Below, piece by piece: positions 32,989 to 41,697 of a stretch of DNA of 64,000 nt; the first letter of the stretch is position 1; each line of letters starts with the position of its first letter. Under the pieces are notes generated by a model, which was given only the letters and a program-made list of their open reading frames with translations, made no database searches and had not been told where the DNA came from. The translations under genes were made by a program, and so were the position numbers. The stretch is from an uncultured Alphaproteobacteria bacterium (GTDB lineage: Bacteria > Pseudomonadota > Alphaproteobacteria > Acetobacterales > Acetobacteraceae): positions 474,507 through 538,506 of the forward strand of contig CAVWPS010000002.1 in NCBI GenBank assembly GCA_963756975.1, given 5' to 3'.

Positions 32989-34590
32989 TCAGGATTGCGG
33001 CCGCGCCACCTCGATCGTCCGCATCAGCGTCTCGAGCCGGTCCGCCTCCGCCGCCGGCTTGTCGCGCCGCAGCCGTGCGATGCGCGGAAACCGCAGCGCC
33101 ACGCCGGATTTATGCCGGCCCGACAGCTGCGCCGCGTCGAACGCGATTTCGAGCACCATATCTTTTGCGACCTCGCGCACCGGCCCGAACCGGCCCGTCG
33201 TGTTGTTGCGGATCCACTTGTCGAGCCACGCGACTTCCGGGTCGGTCAGCCCGGAATACGCTTTTCCCACGGGCACCAGTTCTTCGCGCCCGGTGACGTC
33301 GCTGCGCCAAAGCCCGAACGTGTAGTCGGAATAGAAGCTGCTCCGTTTGCCGTGACCGCGCTGCGCGTACATCACCACCGCGTCGATCGTCAGCGGGTCG
33401 CGCTTCCACTTCCACCACAGCCCCTTCGGCCGCCCCGGCACATACGGGCTGTCGCCCCGCTTCAGCATCAGCCCCTCGATCGAGGCGGCGCGAGCACCTT
33501 CCCGCACCTCCGCCAATGCCGCCAGATCGGCAAACGGCAGCAGCGGCGAAACATCCATCCCAGCGGGACTTTCGCGCGCGAACCACGCTTCCAGACGCTT
33601 GCGCCGCGCGTCGAACGGCAGCGGGCGAACATCCTCGTGCCCGTCGAACAGCAGGTCGTACAGCCGCACCATCACCGGGTAATCGCGCACCATCTTGGCG
33701 CTGACCGTCTTGCAATTCAGCCTCTGCTGAAGGTCCGCGAACGGCGCGATCTCGCCGTCGCGCACGACCAGCAGCTCCCCGTCCAGCACGCCACGAAAGC
33801 CGATATTCGCGACGACGTCCGGGAACGTGCCCGATATATCCTCGGCCCCGCGGGAGTAGATCCGCCGGCCGACATCGGTCGACACGATCTGCACCCGGAT
33901 GCCGTCCCACTTCCACTCGGCCCGGTACGCGCTCGCGTCGATGGCCGCGAGGTCCGGGGCCTCCAGCGGATTGGCCAGCATCGGCGGCCGAAAGATCGGC
34001 TTGTCCTCGGGGTCGGGCTTGGCACCGCCGTCGAGCCACGCGAACAGCGGCGCGTAGGGCGGCTCCAGCCCGTGCCACACCTCCTCGATATCGTCGGGCG
34101 CGATCCGGCCGTCGGACAGCTCGGACAGCGCGATCTTCGCCAGCCGCGCCGACGCGCCGACACGCAGCGACCCGGTGACCAGTTTCAGCAGCGCGTACCG
34201 CTCGGATGCATTGCCCGCGTCGAGCCACCGCTCCATCACGCCCGGCAGGTCGCTGCGGTCGGTCTCGGCCAGCATTTCGACCACTTCCGGCAGGCTCGGC
34301 GGCTCGCGGTTGGACGGCCGGGATGGCCACATCAGCGCCACCGTCTCGGCCAGGTCGCCGACGTAATCGTACGACCACGCGAACAGTTCCGGGTCCGTCT
34401 TGTCCTCGATCAGCGCCCGGATCATCGCCGGCTTGGCGGCGGTGAAGCTCAGCTCGCCGGTGACCGAGGCGAGCCCGAAGCCGCGATCCGGGTCCGGCAC
34501 GGTGGCGAAATACCGCCGCAACAGGGCGATCTTCGCGAGCCGTCCGGGCGTCAGCGCCAGCCGCTCCAGCAGATCCGCGAACGCCCTCAC
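32989..34590 (-). CDS. ATP-dependent DNA ligase of the ligase-associated DNA damage response (cisplatin-damage-response ligase type)
   Basis: 533 aa. Adenylation motif I EWKWDGIRVQ (KxDG), plus DGELLV and LMLKRGDSPY. The N-terminus LERLALTPGRLAKIALLRRYF is typical of this ligase subfamily. GTG start at 34588-34590 overlaps the exonuclease stop (GTGA). Confidence 0.85.
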   Translation of the reverse strand: MRAFADLLERLALTPGRLAKIALLRRYFATVPDPDRGFGLASVTGELSFTAAKPAMIRALIEDKTDPELFAWSYDYVGDLAETVALMWPSRPSNREPPSLPEVVEMLAETDRSDLPGVMERWLDAGNASERYALLKLVTGSLRVGASARLAKIALSELSDGRIAPDDIEEVWHGLEPPYAPLFAWLDGGAKPDPEDKPIFRPPMLANPLEAPDLAAIDASAYRAEWKWDGIRVQIVSTDVGRRIYSRGAEDISGTFPDVVANIGFRGVLDGELLVVRDGEIAPFADLQQRLNCKTVSAKMVRDYPVMVRLYDLLFDGHEDVRPLPFDARRKRLEAWFARESPAGMDVSPLLPFADLAALAEVREGARAASIEGLMLKRGDSPYVPGRPKGLWWKWKRDPLTIDAVVMYAQRGHGKRSSFYSDYTFGLWRSDVTGREELVPVGKAYSGLTDPEVAWLDKWIRNNTTGRFGPVREVAKDMVLEIAFDAAQLSGRHKSGVALRFPRIARLRRDKPAAEADRLETLMRTIEVARPQS

Positions 34591-35627
34591 GGCGTTTCGG
34601 GCGGCAGTTCGGGCACATCCTCGTCGTCGTCCCCGTAGCCGAGCAGCCGCAGCGCCCGGCCGCGCACGCCGCGCAGGCCGAGCGCGTGGATCAGCGCCTC
34701 CTCCCGCCCGTGCGTCACCCACACTTCCGGTGCGCCCACCTCATCCACCGTGGAGAGCAGCCCGTCCCAGTCCGCGTGGTCGGAGACGATCAGCGGCAAT
34801 TCGACCCCGCGCGACTTCGCCCGCTGCCGCACCCGCATCCAGCCCGACGCGAGGCAGACGACCGGATCGGGAAGCCGTCGCGCCCACCGGTCCGCGATGG
34901 CACCCGGTGGGGCGAGGATGATCTGACCAACCAGATCGGCCTTGGATGCGACCGTCGCCGGCCGCAACTCGCCGAGGTGGACTCCAAAACTTTCGTAGAC
35001 CGCGCACACCGGCAGCAACGCGCCGTGCAGGTAGATCGGTGCGTCCCATCCGGCCTCGCGCAGCATCGCGATCAGCCGCTGGCACTTGCCGAGCGCGTAC
35101 GCGCCGATGACGTGGCTGCGCTCCGGAAACAGGGCGACACTCGCGAGCAGTTTCGCAACCTCGCGCTCCGGGTGGTCGTGCCGGAACACCGGCAGGCCGA
35201 ACGTCGCCTCGGTCACGAACACGTCGCACGGGATCGGCACGAAGCCGCGCGTCGTCGGGTCGCGCTCGCGCTTGTAGTCGCCGCTGACGACGATCCGGCT
35301 GCCGCGCCACTCGATCGCGACCTGGGCGGAGCCGAGCACATGGCCGGCCGGCTCCATCCAGACGGTCGTCTCACCGATGCCGAGCCGCTCGCCGAAGCGC
35401 ACAATCTGCTGGTCGTCACCGGCGGCGCGCTCGCCCATCCGCACCCGCATCACCGCCAGCGTCTCGGCGGTCGCCAGCACGGCGCGGTTGCCGGGGCGCG
35501 CGTGATCCGCGTGCGCATGGGTGATGATCGCCCGGTCCACCGGCGCGATGGGATCGACGTAGAAGCCGCCCGGCTCGCAGAACAAGCCGGCGGCGGTCGG
35601 TTTCAGCCAGGTGTCCGGGTGTGGCAT
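34587..35627 (-). CDS. Ligase-associated DNA damage response exonuclease (metallo-beta-lactamase / beta-CASP fold)
   Basis: 346 aa. MBL motif ITHAHADHA plus HVLGSAQV and VTHGRE. Immediately upstream of and coupled to the ligase. Confidence 0.8.
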   Translation of the reverse strand: MPHPDTWLKPTAAGLFCEPGGFYVDPIAPVDRAIITHAHADHARPGNRAVLATAETLAVMRVRMGERAAGDDQQIVRFGERLGIGETTVWMEPAGHVLGSAQVAIEWRGSRIVVSGDYKRERDPTTRGFVPIPCDVFVTEATFGLPVFRHDHPEREVAKLLASVALFPERSHVIGAYALGKCQRLIAMLREAGWDAPIYLHGALLPVCAVYESFGVHLGELRPATVASKADLVGQIILAPPGAIADRWARRLPDPVVCLASGWMRVRQRAKSRGVELPLIVSDHADWDGLLSTVDEVGAPEVWVTHGREEALIHALGLRGVRGRALRLLGYGDDDEDVPELPPETP

Positions 35628-36157
35628 CGCGGTTCCCAGATGGGGTGCGCGAGGCTTTCGAACATCAGCATCCGGTGGTCGTTCTGCGGGAACTCGCCGC
35701 AGCGGCGCATCCCGATCGCGCCCAGAACTTCGCGGCTGGCCATGTTGGTCGCCCGCGCGACCGCGATCACCCGCTCCAGCCCGGCGCGGTCATGGGCGAA
35801 CCGCAACGCCGCCCCCGCCGCCTCGCTCGCGTAACCCCGGCCCCACTCGTTCGGGGCGAGCGCGAACCGCAGCGACATCCCCCGGCCGTCCGGGCGCGAC
35901 ATGATGCCGGTGACGCCCACCATGCGGTGCGTCAGATGCTCGCGCACCATCCACATGCCGACCCGGTGGCGGCCCCAGAACGCGATGTCGGACGCCAGCT
36001 CGTTCGTGGTCCGCGCCCGCGTCCGCACGCCGCCGAGCAGCAGCCCGAACGCGCGCGGATCGGCTTTCAGGCGCACCAGATCCTCGAGGTCGCCGCCCCA
36101 GACCGGGCGAAGATCGAGGCGGCCGGTGCTGACCGCGTTGAGAGAGGCGAACGGCAC
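35603..36157 (-). CDS. GNAT family N-acetyltransferase (RimJ/RimL-like)
   Basis: 184 aa. Acetyl-CoA-binding motif LAPNEWGRGYASEAAGAALRFA. Its 3' end overlaps the exonuclease start by ~25 nt. Confidence 0.7.
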   Translation of the reverse strand: MPFASLNAVSTGRLDLRPVWGGDLEDLVRLKADPRAFGLLLGGVRTRARTTNELASDIAFWGRHRVGMWMVREHLTHRMVGVTGIMSRPDGRGMSLRFALAPNEWGRGYASEAAGAALRFAHDRAGLERVIAVARATNMASREVLGAIGMRRCGEFPQNDHRMLMFESLAHPIWEPRCHTRTPG

Positions 36158-36166
36158 CTGCCGCGT

Positions 36167-37846
36167 CTAACGCACCAGCGGGCGGTACTTGATCCGGTGC
36201 GGGTCGGTCGCGTCCGAACCGAGCCGCCGCCGCTTGTCCGCCTCGTAGGCCTGGAAGTTTCCCTCGAACCATTCGACGTGGCTGTCGCCCTCGAACGCCA
36301 GGATGTGCGTCGCGAGCCGGTCCAGGAACCAGCGATCATGGCTGATGATGACGGCGCAACCGGCGAAGTCGGTCAGCGCCTCCTCCAGCGCCCGCAGCGT
36401 GTCGACGTCCAGATCGTTGGTCGGCTCGTCGAGCAGGATCACGTTGCTCTCGGTCTTCAGCATCTTGGCCAAGTGCACGCGATTGCGCTCGCCGCCCGAC
36501 AGGATGCCGACCTTCTTCTGCTGGTCCGCACCCTTGAAGTTGAACGCGCCGACGTAGGCGCGACTCGGCACGGACCGCTTGCCGAGATGGATCACGTCGG
36601 TGCCGCCCGAAATCTCCTGCCAGACGCTCTTGTCCGGATCGAGGTCGTCGCGGCTCTGGTCGACATAGCCGAGACGCACCGTCTCGCCGATCGTCATGCT
36701 GCCGCCGTCCGGCGTTTCCTGCTTGGTGATCATGCGGAACAGCGTCGTCTTGCCGGCACCGTTCGGCCCGATCACGCCGACGATGCCGCCCGGCGGCAGC
36801 TTGAAGTCCAGATCGTCGATCAGCAGCCGGTTGCCGTAGACCTTTCGCAGCTTCTCGGCCTCGATCACCGTGCCGCCCAAACGGGGGCCGGGCGGGATGA
36901 CGATGTCGGCGACACCGCCGACCTGCTCCTGCGATTTCTGCAGCAGCTCCTCGTATTTCTGGATACGCGCCTTGCTCTTGGTCTGGCGCGCGCGCGGGGT
37001 CGCCGCGATCCACTCCTGCTCGGCCGCAAGGGAGCGCTGGCGGGAGCTTTCCTCCTTCTCCTCCTGCTGCAGCCGCTTGCGCTTCTGATCGAGCCACGAG
37101 GAGTAGTTGCCCTCGAACGGATAGCCGCGCCCGCGCTCGAGCTCCAGAATCCAGTTCGTCACGTTCTCCAGGAAGTAGCGGTCGTGGGTGACGACCAGCA
37201 CGGTCCCGGCGTAATCGCGCAACGTCTTTTCCAGCCACGCGACGCTCTCGGCGTCCAGATGGTTGGTCGGCTCGTCGAGCAGCAGGATGTCGGGCCGCTC
37301 CAGCAGCAGCCGGCACAGCGCCACACGGCGCTTCTCGCCGCCCGACAGGCGTGCGACCGAACTGTCCGGCGGCGGGCAGCGCAGCGCGTCGAGCGCGATC
37401 TCGACCCGGCGTTCCAGCTCCCAGCCATCCTCGGCGTCGATCTTCTCCTGCAGCTCGGCCTGTTCGGCGAGCAGCTCGGTCATCTTGTCGTCGCTCATCG
37501 GCTCGGCGAACTCTTCGGAGATCGCGTTGAACCGGGTCAGCGCAGCCTTCAGCGGCCCGAACGCGAGCTGCACGTTCTCGCTGACCGTCAGGCTCTCATC
37601 GAGCTTCGGCTCCTGCGGCAGATAGCCGACGCGGGCACCCTCGGCGGCCCACGCCTCGCCACCGTATTCGGTCTCGATCCCGGCCATGATCTTCAGCAGC
37701 GTCGACTTGCCCGCGCCGTTGACGCCGAGCACGCCGATCTTCACCCCGGGGAGGAACGACAGGGTGATGCCCTTGAACACTTCCCGGCCGCCGGGGAAGG
37801 CTTTGGTCAGGTCCTTCATCACGTAGACGTATTGGTAGGCGGGCAT
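36167..37846 (-). CDS. ettA: Energy-dependent translational throttle protein EttA (ABC-F)
   Basis: 559 aa with two NBDs (GVLGVNGAGKST; GVIGPNGAGKTT), an arm/linker between them, and a C-terminal extension, the classical EttA layout. Confidence 0.9.
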   Translation of the reverse strand: MPAYQYVYVMKDLTKAFPGGREVFKGITLSFLPGVKIGVLGVNGAGKSTLLKIMAGIETEYGGEAWAAEGARVGYLPQEPKLDESLTVSENVQLAFGPLKAALTRFNAISEEFAEPMSDDKMTELLAEQAELQEKIDAEDGWELERRVEIALDALRCPPPDSSVARLSGGEKRRVALCRLLLERPDILLLDEPTNHLDAESVAWLEKTLRDYAGTVLVVTHDRYFLENVTNWILELERGRGYPFEGNYSSWLDQKRKRLQQEEKEESSRQRSLAAEQEWIAATPRARQTKSKARIQKYEELLQKSQEQVGGVADIVIPPGPRLGGTVIEAEKLRKVYGNRLLIDDLDFKLPPGGIVGVIGPNGAGKTTLFRMITKQETPDGGSMTIGETVRLGYVDQSRDDLDPDKSVWQEISGGTDVIHLGKRSVPSRAYVGAFNFKGADQQKKVGILSGGERNRVHLAKMLKTESNVILLDEPTNDLDVDTLRALEEALTDFAGCAVIISHDRWFLDRLATHILAFEGDSHVEWFEGNFQAYEADKRRRLGSDATDPHRIKYRPLVR

Positions 37847-37883
37847 GATCGGTCCTCTCAGGAGCAGAAGTCGCGGTCGCTGA

Positions 37884-37955
37884 TGCGCCCGGCAGGAGTC
37901 GAACCCGCGACCAAGCCGTTATGAGCGGCCAGCTCTACCGTTGAGCTACGGGCGC
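37884..37955 (-). tRNA. tRNA-Met (CAT), elongator type; 3' CCA not encoded
   Basis: The reverse complement GCGCCCG-TA-GCTC-AACGGTA-GAGC-T-GGCCG-CTCATAA-CGGCT-TGGTC-GCGGG-TTCGACT-CCTGC-CGGGCGC-A folds as a cloverleaf with a G1-C72 pair (elongator). The anticodon CAT could alternatively specify tRNA-Ile2 (lysidine). Confidence 0.65.
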
Positions 37956-37997
37956 GCGCGAGGGGCGCATGTCGCACGCAAGACGGGTCGGGACAAG

Positions 37998-38566
37998 TCA
38001 GGTGGTGTGCTGGGCGGGGAACGAAATGCCGTCGTAGATTTCGGACAGCGGGATCGACAGACCGAGCGCCGGGAGGTCGACGGACTCCTCCGCTTCGCCG
38101 AACGGAGTCTGCAGCCAGGCCGAGGCTCCGCGCGAGTGGACGAAGACCCCCATGAAGGACTGTTCGACCAGGACGTAATGGGCGATCGACGGTGCGGCCC
38201 AGTAATTCGCCGCCTTGGCGATGCGATCGGTGCGCGCCGTGCTCGGCGACAACACGTCGAATACCGCGACCGGATCGTCGGCGATCGTCGCGCTGGCTTC
38301 GAGCGACCGGTCGTAGACCTGAACGTCGGGCAGCCTCACGGCCGGGCCGGCACGCAGGCGAAAACTGCTCGCCATGACGCGAAACGGCGTGCCGCGCGTG
38401 CGCGCCATCAGGGCGTAGATGAGTTGGCCACGATGAACTCGTGGGCCGCGGCACTGCCGACCATTTCGACGACGTCTTTCCCGTCGAACTCGTGCTTCCC
38501 CTCCTGCTGATCGTCCCAGGCCAGGAACTGCTCGACTGTCATCGGAACCTTGGTCGTGATGTTCAC
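37998..38566 (-). pseudogene. Uma2 family (DUF820) endonuclease, apparent 1-nt deletion near 38428
   Basis: N-terminus (M)NITTKVPMTVEQFLAWDDQQEGKHEFDGKDVVEMVGSAAHEFIVAN reads in one frame (GAAGGAGG precedes the GTG start). The C-terminus LIYALMARTRGTPFRV...DVLSPSTARTDRIAKAANYWAAPSIAHYVLVEQ is in the -1 frame. The junction is aac[c]tcatc. Confidence 0.6.
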
Positions 38567-38638
38567 CACTGGCCTCCTTCACCGCGCGCGCGGGCCGTGG
38601 CATGAGCGCCCGCACGCAACGACGGGATCGGTAATACC

Positions 38639-39169
38639 ATGGACATCAGCAAACTTTCGACCGGCAAGGCCCCGCCGCACGACATCAACGTCGTGATCGA
38701 AATCCCGCAGGGATCGCAGGTCAAATACGAGGTCGACAAGGATAGCGGTGCCATGGTCGTGGACCGGTTCCTGTTCACGCCGATGGCCTATCCCGCCGCC
38801 TACGGCTTCATCCCCGGCACGCTGGCCGACGACGGCGACCCGGCGGACGCGCTGGTGCTGACGCCCTACGCGCCCGTCGTGCCCGGTGCCGTGATCCGGG
38901 CCCGGCCGATCGGCATGCTGATGATGGAAGACGAGAGCGGGCAGGACGAGAAGATCATCTGCGTCCCGCACGACAAGATCCACACGCAGTTCAAGGACGT
39001 GCAGAAGGTCGAGGACCTGCCCGAGATCACCCGGCAGGCGATCGAGCACTTCTTCACCCGCTACAAGGACCTCGAGCCCGGCAAGTGGGTCAAGGTCACC
39101 GGCTGGGCCGACCGCGCCGCGGCCGAGGCCGTGATCACCAAGGCGATCGCGGCAGCCAAAGCCGCCTAA
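38639..39169 (+). CDS. ppa: Inorganic pyrophosphatase
   Basis: 176 aa. [32 protein letters not shown] and [10 protein letters not shown] are family-I PPase motifs. Confidence 0.95.
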   Translation: MDISKLSTGKAPPHDINVVIEIPQGSQVKYEVDKDSGAMVVDRFLFTPMAYPAAYGFIPGTLADDGDPADALVLTPYAPVVPGAVIRARPIGMLMMEDESGQDEKIICVPHDKIHTQFKDVQKVEDLPEITRQAIEHFFTRYKDLEPGKWVKVTGWADRAAAEAVITKAIAAAKAA

Positions 39170-40395
39170 CGCGCACTGCCCGCGACGATCCCCGCCATCA
39201 GCGCCTCGTAGCGGCCGAGGTAATCGTCGAGGCTGAGTTCGGCCTCGGCGAACGCCCGCGCCGATTTCCGCAACCGGCGCGAGCGCCGCTGGTCGTCGAG
39301 CAATTCGAGCACCGTGCCGGCGACCCGCTCGTGGTCGAGCCCCGGCACGATCACCCCCGTCACATCGTCGGTCACGAACTCCCGCACCGGCTCGACGTCG
39401 CTGGCCACCACGACGCAGCCGGCCGCCAGCGCCTCGCGCAGCGACCACGACGCGACGAACGGGTAACTCAGATACAGATGCGCGTCCGATCGCTGCAGCA
39501 GACGCAGATAATCCGGATACGGGATCTGTCCCGCGAACAGGACGCGGCTCGCGTCGTATTTGCCGGCGAGTTCCTTTTGGAAATGCTCGCGCCAGCATCC
39601 TTCCGACAACCGCGCGCCATAACTCACGTCGTCGCCGCCGACCATGACGACCTTCAAGTCCGGCCGGGCCGCGAGCAGCGTCGGCAGCGCCCGCATCGCG
39701 ATGTGGAAACCACGATACGGTTCGAGATTGCGGGCGACGTACGTGACCAGCTTCTCCTTCGGCGAGACCTCGAACCCGCCCAGTTCGAACGGTGTCTTGC
39801 GAATGACGGCGTTGGGCGCGCAGGTGTCGATCGGAACACCTTCCGGCAGCACGGTGATGCGGGCCTGCGCCCAATCGGGATAGCGGGTGTGCTGCCATTT
39901 GGTCGGCGTCTGGCCATGCTGCTCCAGCGCGAGCGACATCAGGTTCACGGTATTCATCGCGCGAATCCGCGCGAACCGGTCCTCGCTGACCGGAAACTCG
40001 GCGTCGTAGCCGACATCCTGGCCGGCGGAATCGTAATAGAACTCGAAATAGCCGAGAATCGGCACGCCCGGCCACACGTCCGGCAAATTGAGCAGTTCGC
40101 CCCAGCCGTGATGGCCGACGATGATGTCGGGCGTGAACCCGAGCCGCTTCAGATTGCCGGCCGTGGTCGCGACCAGCTCAGCGCGGCGTGACGCCAGGTC
40201 CCAATCGCGGGCCATCGGATGGATGCCGGCCTGATCCGGCTTCGGCGGCTGATAGAATGCCCGGTGCACGCCCTCGATCCGGTTCTTGTTGCTCTCCGAA
40301 ATGAAGACGAGCTTGTTGGCCGGGTCGCGCGCCAGACGGCGCACGATATGGAGATACTGGCCGGGAAAGTTCTGGTGGACGAACAGGACGTTCAA
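39166..40395 (-). CDS. Family-4 (GT-B) glycosyltransferase
   Basis: About 409 aa. GT4 C-terminal signature [55 protein letters not shown]. The only start compatible with the upstream gene's stop (40433) is the TTG at 40393-40395. The ORF-track start (40665) lies in antisense junk. Confidence 0.7.
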   Translation of the reverse strand: MNVLFVHQNFPGQYLHIVRRLARDPANKLVFISESNKNRIEGVHRAFYQPPKPDQAGIHPMARDWDLASRRAELVATTAGNLKRLGFTPDIIVGHHGWGELLNLPDVWPGVPILGYFEFYYDSAGQDVGYDAEFPVSEDRFARIRAMNTVNLMSLALEQHGQTPTKWQHTRYPDWAQARITVLPEGVPIDTCAPNAVIRKTPFELGGFEVSPKEKLVTYVARNLEPYRGFHIAMRALPTLLAARPDLKVVMVGGDDVSYGARLSEGCWREHFQKELAGKYDASRVLFAGQIPYPDYLRLLQRSDAHLYLSYPFVASWSLREALAAGCVVVASDVEPVREFVTDDVTGVIVPGLDHERVAGTVLELLDDQRRSRRLRKSARAFAEAELSLDDYLGRYEALMAGIVAGSAR

Positions 40396-40432
40396 GGCAG
40401 TCGGTCCAGCGGGGCCGTCCCCTTGGCGGGCT

Positions 40433-41614
40433 TCAGCCCTTGCGGCCCTTCTTGTCCTTGCCGGCCGGCGCCGCGGGAACGGCGACCGCCGCCGCGCGCT
40501 TGCGGCCAGCCTGGGCCCTGTCGCCGGCCGACGCGCCGAGGCCCTGCGCCGTCGCGCCGCTCTCGTCCTGCTCCGCCGCGTCGACCGCCGCCTGGCCGCG
40601 CGGGCGAACCGTGATCTTGAACGCCTCCATCGCCGCCAGCGCCTCGGACTCGCACGGCTCGCCATCGGCCACCGGGCCGATCTCGCTGCCGTCGATGAAC
40701 GACGCCGAGTAGGTCACCTCGTGCGTCTCGGCCAAGCCGTTTCGCAGGCGGATGCGGAACCCGAGAACGGGGAGCGCCATGCCGCGGCTGCCGCAAAACT
40801 GGCCGCCCTCGACCCACGGGGACAGCCAGCCGCGCCCGAGCACCGCCTGATACTCCACGTCGGCGGGCGACAGGCCGTGCGGCATCACGCCGAAGCCCTC
40901 GATCCAACGCTTGCTGCCGCGCTCGCCGAGCCATTCGCCCAGCATGCCGCCGACATCGGCGCGCTCCTGGATATGCGCCACCATCTCCATCACCGAGCCC
41001 GGCCGGGCGGCCGGCAGCTCGGCGGCGGGCCTCGCGGCCGCCTCCGGGCCGGCCGGAGCCTTCGCCGCCGGGGCCGCATTGGGGGCACCGGGCTGCGCGG
41101 GCGTCGCCGGCTCGATCAGCCGGCGGACCTGGATGTTCGGGGCCACCCCGTCCGGCGCGCCCGACTGGTAGATCGTGACCAGGACCTGCGCGGTCGGCGC
41201 CAGCACCCGAACCAGCGCCGCGTCACCGGTCGAATGCAGGAAGCCGTCCGGACGGAAGCTCGCGATCGCGATCCGCTCCAGTGCGCCGGGCGGTTGCGGG
41301 GGAACGGAAATCCGCACACCCGGCAAATTGCCGCCCTCTCCGCCCGGGGCCGGGGCATGGGTGATGCAGTACAGCCCCTGATCGAGCGCCATCAAGTGGC
41401 CGCTGACTTTCAGTTCGGACATCAGCTTGGCGCTTGCCGCCGCACCGGCGCCCGCATTGGCTCCGGCCGGGTTCGGGCCGGGATTCGGCGCCGTCGCGGC
41501 ACCGGCGACGTTGGCCTGCGGATCGGGACGCCGCACAGCCGGCACCTTCGCCGGTGCCGAAGCGGTGGCCTTGCCGCGCGGGGCGTTCGTCGCTGCGGTC
41601 TTGACGTCGCTCAT
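40433..41614 (-). CDS. Hypothetical protein, Ala/Pro-rich N-terminal half plus conserved C-terminal domain; no signal peptide
   Basis: 393 aa with codon usage consistent with neighbours. The low-complexity N-terminus carries PAPAG-type repeats. The C-terminal ~180 aa (MVAHIQERADVGGMLGEWLGERGSKRWIEGFGVMPHGLSPADVEYQAVLGRGW...) looks globular. No family was recognised. Confidence 0.5.
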   Translation of the reverse strand: MSDVKTAATNAPRGKATASAPAKVPAVRRPDPQANVAGAATAPNPGPNPAGANAGAGAAASAKLMSELKVSGHLMALDQGLYCITHAPAPGGEGGNLPGVRISVPPQPPGALERIAIASFRPDGFLHSTGDAALVRVLAPTAQVLVTIYQSGAPDGVAPNIQVRRLIEPATPAQPGAPNAAPAAKAPAGPEAAARPAAELPAARPGSVMEMVAHIQERADVGGMLGEWLGERGSKRWIEGFGVMPHGLSPADVEYQAVLGRGWLSPWVEGGQFCGSRGMALPVLGFRIRLRNGLAETHEVTYSASFIDGSEIGPVADGEPCESEALAAMEAFKITVRPRGQAAVDAAEQDESGATAQGLGASAGDRAQAGRKRAAAVAVPAAPAGKDKKGRKG

Positions 41615-41697
41615 CGTCGATCTCGTTATCTCTGGGCGCTTTGACTGGCGCGTGGGTTGGGGCGCGAAGGCTTTACGTGCTTGGGCGGCGTTGGATG

